From Trichoplax adhaerens (taxonomy: Eukaryota; Animalia; Placozoa): a stretch of 64,000 nt of DNA. The translations under genes were made by a program, and so were the position numbers. Under the pieces are notes generated by a model. That model ran no database searches. It had not been told where the DNA came from and worked only from the letters and a program-made list of their open reading frames with translations. This document shows, piece after piece, positions 53,700-64,000 of this stretch (the first letter of the stretch is position 1; each line of letters starts with the position of its first letter). The stretch covers positions 3,189,264 to 3,253,263 of the forward strand of contig NW_002060943.1 of the NCBI RefSeq assembly GCF_000150275.1, read 5' to 3'.

Positions 53700-54345
53700 A
53701 CATGTATGCAGTATGTACAGTATACAGTACAGTATACTGTTTGTACTGTAATGTACTGTAGGGAAATGGTATGCAGTACTGTATATTGATATTGATCCGT
53801 ATTAATTAAGTCAAGGTGCAAAACCTTATAGCGACTATACTTCTTAAAAGTCCCTGTTTCACATCAACCGTGGATTTGTAATATCGAATATCACAGACTG
53901 ATGAAATTTCTTCAAATCGGGGACTCTGCCGTGGAGGTAAGAGAAAGAACCTCCTCTTTGTCGAATACCATAATGATCCAGAATCAAATTTTGCGCGCTG
54001 AAAAGTTGTTGCTTTGTTACAGTACTCAGTACTGTACAGTACTGTACTGCTGCGCAGTGTTCTGGTCAGACCCTTGGAAACTGTGTGTACAGTATAGTAC
54101 TTTGCAAGAATGCTTTTACTATTTTTGTATTGTACAGTACTGTACCACAGTAGAGACTGTACAAATGTACTGTAGAGTACAGTGTACAGTACTCAGAGTT
54201 GGAACACACTTTTGAACTTGAGCTGTACTGTACTGTACAGTACAGTACAGTACTGGACACACTGTACTGTACTGTACTGTACAGTATTGTACCGTACAGT
54301 ACGATTGACTGCATCCTGTAAAACTGTACTGTAGCATCTTGCCTA
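53700..54345. repeat. (CAGTA/TACTG)n pentamer low-complexity field in both orientations
   Basis: Runs such as ctgtactgtactgtacagtacagtacagtac; these account for the spurious Y/C/T/V/Q-rich ORFs here. Confidence 0.85.
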
Positions 54346-55466
54346 CAGTAGTTGGTAACGGTACAGTCCCACTGGCAGAGTGGTATTTGCTAGCATTTCT
54401 TGGTGATTCGATGAAACACGTCTTATTACAGTCTTCTTTCTATCAAAGCTGCACCGCTGTGGACAACAAAAACAGCAAGACTAGGAAATAAAAAAGTACG
54501 GTACGTATATATATTTAATCGTCGACGGTGTACGGTAGTTATTATGAAAAACATTCAAGCAATTTGGACTTGATTGTACTGTATACATCAAGTCTTGCAA
54601 AAAGTTTTGTCTCTTGTTAGTCGGACTGTACAAAGTTGCATTTTAATTTTGCTTCATTCGTATGTAGTAAGAGTGCCTTCAACGATGACAGTATTCGTCT
54701 ACTGTGAGTTAAAATCGATCTCTTACAAAAGTATGTACAATACATACTCTACTGTACTATACAGTACACTTGACGAGTGACTGATAGGAGTCTATGTTCT
54801 TCTATCAGCATTATCAAATTGTCCCCATCCCGGAGGGAATGATTTTACTCATCCTGCTTTCCCCGTACCCCTTTTTTTTTCACGTCAATGCTTTCCCAGT
54901 ATAGTATTTGCTCATTGATTTAAAGTGACGATACTGCTAGTCCCGATAAAGCGTTTCCACGTACGCTACGTCCTTTCCGAGTCAATGCATATAAGAGAGG
55001 CTCCGAGGAGCCTCTATGAAAAGCATCTCACTAAAAATGGAAGTGCATTATTGTCAATCAATCCATTCACTTCGTCCATTCCAAGTGGAATTTTCAAAGA
55101 TCTCTCCAAGCTGTCATTTTGACCTTGCATTCCTTTCATTAGTATTGCTCAATCAGTGGGCATGAGTCATTGGAGAAGTTATTTCGAAGATGAAATCAAC
55201 GATTTTGGCGGTGGATAAGTTTAGAATTTGAAATCGCGCTTGAACTATAGCTATGCAGTGACAGTATAGTGTCCAATGTTAGTATACGGTACAGTGTACA
55301 GTAGTGACAAGTTGACGTCCGTTTTGCCGTAGATGAGCCATAACAAAGCTGACACTACCAGTGCTTCATTCTGCAAACAAAGGCATTCCAGTTTTGGCGC
55401 TGGAAAGCACCTTGCGCATACTACGCAGAAGCAGAAGGAACCGCATTGAAAACGCCAAATGAATGC

Positions 55467-55497
55467 GACCAATCAGCGCTGTCCTACAGTCACATGA
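55467..55497 (+). promoter_or_regulatory. Candidate promoter of the Myb/SANT-like gene: CCAAT box plus E-box
   Basis: gaccaatcag (NF-Y consensus) at 55467-55476 and gtcacatga (USF/MiT-type E-box) at 55489-55497. A donor CAG|GTTAGG follows at 55650 and an acceptor ttccttttttag at 56233. Confidence 0.5.
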
Positions 55498-56299
55498 TAG
55501 CGTCGCCTATTGTCTGCATCGAGATACGTCGATAGATATCAGATTGTACTTCATACGCGTGTTGTGTAGACTGAAGGCCACAGTGTGCTGTCTTGAGTGA
55601 TTTTTTCCTTGCTGAGTTTGACTTCTGCCACAGTATTTTTCTTGCTCAGGTTAGGACTGTAACATGTATCTTAAGTTCAATATCTACAATCCGCTTCCAA
55701 ATGTCTTTTTGTTATCCTTCCATTTTCAATTACTCCACAAAGATGGCAATCACTATTTTCATTTTGTCTGGCAACATCGTTTTCTCCTTTTTCTTAAACG
55801 CTTAACTTTCAAATTTCTTTTGTGAATCCGCTTTGCTAACCGATTGACAATAGGCAATGTTGGCGCTCTTTTTTTTACGGTACTGCTATCGCAAGTCCAG
55901 TAACTCAGTCAAATTCTATCTAGATAGGGATAGTTTCAGTAGAGATTGAATGGGGGGGGGGGGGAACGATGTCATTTTGCGAGCTGTATTTTAAAACTAT
56001 GTATGCATAGATCGTAGTGGTATTCCTTAGTATTTTATGATGGTGTTTCTCAAAAGATGAAGAGTTTTTTTATCCAACTTGTACAGTAGTGATACCATTA
56101 TATGAGCACGCTAAGAATGATTTCACCCTATGTCTGTTCTAGTCAACATGAATACGAATTGAATTTCCTTGATTTAAAACAGTAAATCAATAGGATTGGT
56201 TGTAATGAATGGATCATCTTCTTCCTTTTTTAGGCTATCGAATAGTTGCCAAATAATATTATTCTATCGCAAGCTGATTCCACATAGAGTTGAGATAAG

Positions 56300-57031
56300 A
56301 TGATCGAAGAAGAAGTAACTCTTACTCACGAAAAAACCAGAACAGTTGGTACCGTCAGAAAACGACAATTTCGATTTTCTGCCAAAGATGATATCACCTT
56401 GTTGACGCAAGTCTTAGCATACAATCCATACTCTGTCAATTACAAGGAAATTGGCAATACTTGGCATGCTGTTGCCAATGGCGTCCGTGAAAATGGATTG
56501 GATATCGATGCTACCCGATGTAAGCGCAGAACTGATTTACTATTAACCTACTATAAAGAAGGTAATACGGAACATTTAAGAAAGAATGCTAATGAGGGTG
56601 AATATCAGGAGAAGGAAAATCTTTTAAGTCAATTAGCTGCTGCTAAAGTTGAGTCCGAAGAACCAACTGTTACGCCAAAAAGGAGCAAAAAGAGAAAGAA
56701 CAACAACTCTGAAAGCGTGGCCACATTGCCTTTACTTGATGCTGGATCTTTTACAGTACGCAATACACATGATATTAGTCACCTAGGTAATAAGAAACAA
56801 TTGGTAGACCTAGGCAGTGTCGATTGTGGCAGCTTGCTAGAATTTTTGAATAAGAAGATAGATGTTGAAGCAGAATCGAGACGCGTCGAAATGCAAAATT
56901 TGAAAGAACGCTTAGAATTTGACAGGGAACGATGGAATGTGGAACGAGAAGACATTAGGATGCTGGTTCAACAGAATCAGCTGCTGCTACAACATTTGAT
57001 CAACACCATTAAAACAGGTCAAGATGTATAA
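56300..57031 (+). CDS. Myb/SANT-like (trihelix-type) DNA-binding protein of the Harbinger/PIF ORF1 type, 243 aa, single coding exon
   Basis: Intact ORF. N-terminal RFSAKDDITLLTQVLAYNPY...TWHAVANGV...DATRCKRRTDLLL...EGEYQEKENLL pattern; basic NLS PKRSKKRK; C-terminal coiled coil (RRVEMQNLKERLEFDRERW...QQNQLLLQHL). Confidence 0.8.
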   Translation: MIEEEVTLTHEKTRTVGTVRKRQFRFSAKDDITLLTQVLAYNPYSVNYKEIGNTWHAVANGVRENGLDIDATRCKRRTDLLLTYYKEGNTEHLRKNANEGEYQEKENLLSQLAAAKVESEEPTVTPKRSKKRKNNNSESVATLPLLDAGSFTVRNTHDISHLGNKKQLVDLGSVDCGSLLEFLNKKIDVEAESRRVEMQNLKERLEFDRERWNVEREDIRMLVQQNQLLLQHLINTIKTGQDV

Positions 57032-59960
57032 AATAGCGCAGTAATTTACTAGTTAATTATCGATGCGATCCCGGCTCTTGACGTTTTAAATCGCAAATTT
57101 TTCTCATAATGTAACCGATCCTGCCTATGCTAGCGAAATAGGCACTTGCATGTCAAAGCATCTTATACCGTAACACAGTATTGGTAGACAGCGCTCGTTC
57201 ATGACTATTATTATAATACCATACCGCAACAAGTACCCAATTCGAAACAGATTAGAATTTATTCTTATCAAATTTAAGCTGACTGGTTGAAAAGTGATCT
57301 TTGTTCAGAAACTGTACTCGTATTTATAAAATTACTATTTCTATGCAGTGTACAATACTGATACATTGTCGTAAATTTAAAACCTTCATTGCTATCTACT
57401 TGTACTAGTACTGTATTTGATGATATGTGATTAATTACTGTATTGCAGTGCATAGGGAACAATTTGTTGCACTGATTATTCTGCAATGCATTTTATTTGC
57501 TCCCTTAAAGTATAGTACTAGCATAATAGTAGGGATGCTTGAGTGATACATTCTTGGAGCTAAAGGTGTTTATTCCCATTTTCTGTCAACCCGAAAATTC
57601 ATATTACATGAGCATCTGTTATAACTTGCGCATTATTACTGGACTACTGTAGTATCTTAAATGTGTAGCTCTTCAAGAATAATTTTTCACTAACATCAAT
57701 CTTTAAAACTTCTTATTAGACGTCCATTAACTATCATTACTAACACCAGAATAACTTTTATTCAATCAAAAAATAGATGATGAGTAAATCATTGAAGAGA
57801 AAAGCTGCAGAAGTACGCATACTCTCCTTCTTAAGACTGTGATGTCCAAATATCACTCATTCTGTACGTGTTAGATCGCCGTGTTATACTGTTGTTTATT
57901 TCTCATTTGCTATGTTGTACTATACGGTACAGTATTATATTTTACCATTCCTAATTTTAGATCTTCTTAATATTATTATTCTGTAATTTAACGGATTTAT
58001 CACTTGTACTTCGTGAATATTTATCAGCATTCACGACTGTAATTTCAATTAAAGATGACTCTTAAGTGAGTTATAGCTTAACGTAATTACGTGTTAATAT
58101 TTTATATCCCGGATTAATTAAATGAAGTAGTACTGTACTTTAGTGCTGTTACAAAATTACTATAAAGTACCTGTTGACCCTAGTGCAGCTAGCAGTACTT
58201 TATACGCTAAACCTCATTCTAAGTTAAAAAATTAGCATTACAACGGATATTAAGTTGGATAATGTAGCCAAGGATTGATGGTTAGGTTTAGCTGTTTCAA
58301 GATGCAATTAAGTTTTCTAAATATGTCATGGAGTAGCAGTTTTTGCTACTATGAAACGGTAACCAGTAGTAGATGAATGCAGAGCCGCTAGACTCAAGTT
58401 GAATCCCGCATAATGTGTGCTCTGTGTAGCCTGTTGTATTCGCGATTTACAGTTAGATTTTTAGCAGATCGCTATATGTTGTTACGTATACGGTGGAAAC
58501 ATTCACTTTTATTTCTCCGATAATTATCTGTAGTAACCACAGTAAGAAAGTTGTAAACTGTTAGATACAACAAAAATAATTGAGTCGACGTCAATAACTA
58601 ACTTTCAGTATTGCAATGGTGCAATGCACAATACGTAATTAATTAAAATAGAGCTTGAAAATTAAAAACACGGCAGTAGATAATTCTCGTATGATTTCAT
58701 CTTTAACTTTTGCGGTATGATATCAGCTGTTATTATTGAAAAGCCATAGTAAAATTGTGCCTCTGGCTAGGGTTAGTGCTTACGTTTCGTAAAATTATAA
58801 ATCTCGTCTAGTAATGCTGTAATTATAACAATTAAATTTATGCATGTAAACACGGCAGATTTCAGCAAATGTTAAATGTTTAATGAACAGCTAGCGATAT
58901 GATATGTGATAAGTAACAAGTCCTGTAATGCAGATTTATGAATTATGACTGCTGCTAAATAAAAACTACGAGAATAAGCTTGGTCTTGATTGTGACGTCA
59001 TTTCTCGATGGTATTCCAGACTGTAGTTACTTTTACCTTAGTCTTTATTTAATATTATTATTCGTTGTTTCATTCAATGTTATCGGATACTTTAAAGTAA
59101 AATTTTGTTTTGCAATGTGCAGCATACGTACAGTATGTCGTAGTTGTTAACCTAATACAATTGTGTGATATAAGCGTAAATTAATTCTCCAGCCATTGAT
59201 TGTTTGTTATCTTTGGACCAGAATTAGAATGTGTACTTTTTGCAACCATTAAAACTGATCAATTAACCCGTACATCATAATGTCATGAATGTATACCGCC
59301 ACCACTGTGTACAGAAGCGTAGTTAGTCAGTAAGATCTGTACTACAGTAATATACCCCTACAGAATAAAGTCATCACATTTCCCAGGTCACTTACTAGCT
59401 GTGCTTTACCGTGCATACAAAATAGTATTCAGTGCATTTAAACAGTTAAAAACGTACGGGGTAAACTTGGATTATGAAGATGATTAGCTAGAAAGCAATA
59501 GCATACGTATTCGAGTTCTATCTTCAGAAAATTAGGGTGCATTGTTTTGCATAAAGTACCTTCTTAGTGTGAGTGAAATCGAGTGAGTTACGCTGCAAAA
59601 TGCTTGCATGATCCAATTTTATGAACTAAAATCTATTGGCTGCTGACACACTCGTATATATTAGTGGGCATCATAAATTAACTAAAATAACGACGGCATT
59701 AGTAATTAGAAAAGTAGGTAACAATATATCCCTAACTACTCGTATATCAGAGTTCAAGTAATGATGCCAAATGTGATGATCATGATCGTTCGTACACATA
59801 TAAGCAGAATCTGTTATGGATATGAATAATAAAAATAAATAACTGCCACATTTTAATTAAGTTGCAAGTAACACATCCCAATACAGTACAAATGATGTTT
59901 CGGCACCTCATACTTCTCATTACAGTAAATTGTTTGTGGGACTATAGTAATTTCAATATC

Positions 59961-62046
59961 TTAATTTCTTCCTAAAATTATCATCAGCCATCGAATGAGC
60001 TCAGCTGTACGGGTTCTCGAATTCATTCCATCAGATTTAGCCTCAAGATAATAGACAATTCCCGAAACGTCTTCCGTACCATACCGACAGCCTGGCAAAA
60101 GACATCACATTAACAGATCAGTATATCTAATTAACAGACTAACGACGGTACGAACCCAGTATCTAAGAATGCATACTACAATTTACCAACTAGGCCACTC
60201 GATATTTCGTCTATGATTGCACTAGGTATAGCTTTGCTAATGTCCAATTTAATCTCCGATATAATTCCTTTTCTTATCACAACTGAAATTGTCTTAATCA
60301 CAACAGTTGTTTATCGCAGTCAGTAATATTAATCTGATATGGGTTTAGCTAATTTAGTAAACAATCACGCAAACTAGTATTTATTTTGCCTACAAAGACT
60401 TAGAAATCATACAAACCACTTTTCCCATTGATAAATTAGAACTTTGATGTATTTCGAAATCAGGAGTCTTACCGTAGATCCAATCCCAACTCTAAGCCAC
60501 AAATAATAACAGTTACTTGACACCTTACAATTGATTTTAAAGTTGCTATCTATTTCAATTCCACAAGGGGAATACTCATCTGCATAAGCTAGCGAATTTT
60601 ACCTTCAATTCATTTCTTAATGATGCGATACCAGGATAATTAGACTCAGTGTTAGGATTGATATCGAGAAGTTCCTAAGAATACAAAGATGGAAGGATGT
60701 ATGTGCAAGTGAGGTAAAATTTCTACATTAGATAAAGGCAATGAGTTGTCTCGAAGGTAAAGTTCTGTAACAAATCCTACGTAAGTATTACCTCATTATT
60801 TATTTTAGGGTGAAAAGTCTTCGTAAAGGTTGATGCTATTTTGGAACATAAATTATCATAGGTAATAGCATTATTGATCTGAGATAAGTTTATTACGGAC
60901 GATCTTACGCTAGCAGTAGCATTTGACCTAAGTCCATTCTAATAAAGGATTTGAAAATGGTCAATCAGTTATTTCGCTCCCTGAATAAAGGAGCGATAGG
61001 CTCTCAATAAAATCAGATGCAACTCCTAGTTGTTATTTTCCTACCGTATGAGGCGTCAGCATCTGTGCTAGCTGCTGTAATTTTGAATGAAATAATAAGG
61101 TAAAATGATGATAAGCTACTAGTCTTCCTAGACGTGAAGCTGAACCAGATATTTCCGGCTGGTTAAAGAAATTCACATGGAGCGAATACACGTAAGTTGT
61201 ATCAAAGAAATGAAAAGTCTCGTTCATTAAAAGTATCAGATTATATAAAAAGATATTTTAGATGTCCCATTAATGACGAGGTCGCTTCTGTCATTTACGC
61301 TGATATCAAGATTCCAAGTCTCTTTTAAGGCGTTTGCGATCATTTCTAAATTTCTTTTTCTATCATATTGGCTGCGATGCGATACAATAGTTACGTTCAA
61401 ATTACCCAAATCCTGTGAAATGTACACATATACAGCTTATCATGGTAAAGCCATTGAGTAGATCAATTAAGTTAGTATGGTTTATAAACCAAGACTTGAT
61501 TGAAAATGTAAAAGTTCCGTATCCTAGCAGATAGTTTGAGAAGGTTGTACTACACATTACAAAGTTACTTACATGATAAACTGCCCCTCCACCACTTCTC
61601 CTGCGCACCAACGGAACCTGATCTGGGTAAATTCCAACCAATTTTGAGTTGCATTCAGTCCATGGATTCTGATGTCGTCCAATGACTATACATGGATGAT
61701 TTCGATAAAGATACAAGAGTGGATAGTGTTGCGATCGTAGTGGATAATTTTGGTAGAACCAGTCATCTAGAGATATATTGACGTATGGATTGTGCGAAAC
61801 CGAACGGAAAGCTACGGCCTGAGAAGATGATACAAGCATTATTGTCCATACAGTAATAAGAAAGAAGAATTTCTAACAATTACACCAATACAAGGTACAC
61901 CATGGAAACAAATTGTCTTACTTTACAATATGTTTACGAATGCATTCAAATCCGCTGGACTATCCAGCAACAGTATTGGCAATCATTACCTGAGCTAATG
62001 GCAGATGCAAGTTTCGACTGATGATCTTATTGTAAGACGTGGCCAT
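59961..62046 (-). CDS. LIPT1: Mitochondrial lipoyltransferase 1 (LplA family), multi-exon
   Basis: NPYVNISLDDW...IVIGRHQNPWTECN...VRRRSGGGAVYHDLGNLN...KISGSASRLGRLVAYHHFTLL...SNATASVRSSV...WDWIYGKTPDF. First exon MATSYNKIISRNLHLPLAQ (62046-61990) looks like a presequence; stop at 59961-59963. Confidence 0.95.
61153..61256 (-). other. Probable U12-type (minor spliceosome) intron of LIPT1 with AT...AA ends
   Basis: 5' end ATATCTTTT, branch site TTCTTTAAC (61170-61162) about 10 nt from the 3' end. Removal restores the conserved K|ISG motif; no in-frame GT donor fits. Confidence 0.75.
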
Positions 62047-63547
62047 TAATATACTTGAGTAATCATTTCGATATGATTGAATAATTCATGATACTCTCTT
62101 TTTTATTCTAGTTCATATAATTAATCAACCAGTTCAGCGATTGGATTTGCAAAACTAGGTAAGCAATAAGCATGCAAGCGAGCTCCACTAAGCAGTCGCA
62201 AGTCTCTGCAGTAGCAAGCTGACCAGGATTCTCCAGTACTGTCATAACGAGGAAATTACTATAAAGGATTAATATGCAATATACGGTACTGACAGTATAC
62301 TACTGTATGCATACTGTCATATTGACTATACACTATACTGTACACTAGAGTATTGGAGGACACTGCTCTACATACAGCTTTGTACCCAATGAATGACGGG
62401 ATTCAATCTGATTTGCAATGATTTATAACCTTAATAATTAATTTTTGGACTAGGGGAGCCGGTAACCACTACTGCACTGCAAATGAATTCTAGTTAAGAT
62501 ATCAATCTTGTTAGGCTTGTGCATAGTAAAACTAGAGATCACTGAACAAGATGGTTAAAATTAAATTTTTCGATATCTTCGCTTATGGTTACAAGTTAAT
62601 AATTATTCTAGCACACCAATCTTGAACGTTAGTTGATTCATCGACGGTAAACCTTGTGGGGAAATAAATAATTCCCAAGAGATAGACATAGACTCGTTTA
62701 CATACAGTACACATCAGTCAAAAGCATATCGTCAACAAAATAACGTTTAAACTAATCTTTTCCCGGCTGTCTTTAACTTACGATGCAGCAGAGACCCTAA
62801 AAGGATATATCTATATATATGGACGGCTAAAGTAGATGGACATTGGACAGTACATAATTCGATAATTAATTAATAGGATGTATTTGCAGATTCGAGTCGG
62901 GAGCGCAACATCCGTGCTGGCTTGCAATGATTTAAGTGAACTTAATTTCATATTATTGTCAATAGAGCATGTAGGCAGTGTTGCACATTTAGTGAAACAC
63001 ACGGGAAAAATTGCACTAAATCTCATTTGTAAACGCTTTCCACGACTTGGAGTTCTCCATAAATTGATCCTTTACTGTACTATGGAACATTCACTTAATC
63101 ATCAAAGTGGCGGATTGTTATTCGATAATTCATCACGTTGTTAAGCGATTTATGTAAATGTTATATACTACATGTAAGCAATAATATTGGATATCGTAAC
63201 AGTCTATTGCATAGCCTGTATATACAACACTAAAGGAAAATGATTTTATGCCCTTAATAGATACATACAATCTATCACCACTGGCTCCAAAATAATTTCT
63301 CCAGTATTCTCAAATTAAAAGATGTCCTTAAATGGAAAGAAATTTCACTTTTTTTTCATCCTAATTAGTAACTGGTCAAAACTGTAATTAACATTTCATT
63401 ATGGCTACCATGAAAAGTATCTGTCTTGTGTATAAATATAGTACTTGGTGGGCGATTAAGTTTAAAATAACAGAAGCAGTGATATCTATTTTTTAATAAA
63501 TGCGCAAATTTACAGCTATCGAGAATTGATTAGCCATCAATAGCTAT

Positions 63548-63724
63548 TTAATGCAATTCTTGAGATGTGGAAATCGCACAATAACGAGTCGTTAGAGCCC
63601 ACATCAGTCTCACTATGCGTTTGATAGTACTAGCAACATTTGGACTCATTTCATCAATCTCTTCAGTTTTTTCTATGGTACATCTAGGACAATTTTTAGC
63701 TTCACTACGAAGAACAGGTGAGCC
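63548..63724 (-). CDS. Possible terminal exon of a gene extending beyond the window (unidentified)
   Basis: An AG acceptor is followed by an open frame GSPVLRSEAKNCPRCTIEKTEEIDEMSPNV...ELH*; no recognisable homology and no confident upstream exon. Confidence 0.2.
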   Translation of the reverse strand, partial: GSPVLRSEAKNCPRCTIEKTEEIDEMSPNVASTIKRIVRLMWALTTRYCAISTSQELH

Positions 63725-64000
63725 CTGTTATTGCAATTGATCTCCTACCCTAGTATATGTTATAACAATATAAAATTTATGTTAAACGGCATTAATACGC
63801 TATTTTTATATAACACTCGTATATAAATTTGTTACACTCTATATACGTTAGAGCTTAGACACTTTTTCGAAAATTATGTTCAAATTTTTAATAACGACGC
63901 TGACAGCAAGATCTATCCCCTTTCAGTTGTGCCTCAAATGGCAAATAAGGCCTACTACTTGCTTTAAATTTTTAGGTAATGCCATCAATTGCATTGATAT

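Noticed and set aside
53901-54337. Overlapping Y/C/T/V/Q-rich ORFs
   Set aside because: They are translations of the CAGTA pentamer repeat.
62811-63144. Short ORFs on both strands upstream of LIPT1
   Set aside because: No recognisable domain or consistent exon chain.
1-64000. tRNA, rRNA, snRNA or snoRNA genes
   Set aside because: No cloverleaf or T-loop consensus and no conserved snRNA or rRNA sequence recognised by eye; a covariance-model search would be needed to exclude them.

Overview
AT-rich eukaryotic (animal) genomic DNA with many short GT-AG introns. The compact, intron-dense style suggests an early-branching metazoan such as a placozoan (Trichoplax-like); this is an inference, not a database result. 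Seven protein-coding genes can be reconstructed by hand-splicing: (1) the 3' part of an ARHGEF39-like DH-PH RhoGEF (+); (2) liprin-alpha (-), with an 8.4-kb intron; (3) a RING-H2 E3 ligase with several SUMO-interaction-like motifs (+); (4) C2CD5 (-); (5) a pepsin/cathepsin D-family aspartic protease (-); (6) a single-coding-exon Myb/SANT-like, Harbinger-type protein (+); (7) LIPT1 (-). The ~14-kb interval 20.0-34.3 kb and the large liprin introns contain many local tandem repeats and fold-back structures. A small MITE and a (CAGTA)n field lie at 53.3-54.3 kb. The most notable observations are: a probable minor-spliceosome (U12) intron with non-canonical AT-AA ends in LIPT1; a C-terminal CaaX motif on the RhoGEF; a candidate SUMO-targeted ubiquitin ligase; an apparently domesticated Harbinger-type Myb gene near a Harbinger-like MITE; and a cluster of hairpin-forming units at 27 kb. 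No prokaryotic features, rRNA, tRNA or CRISPR were recognised.
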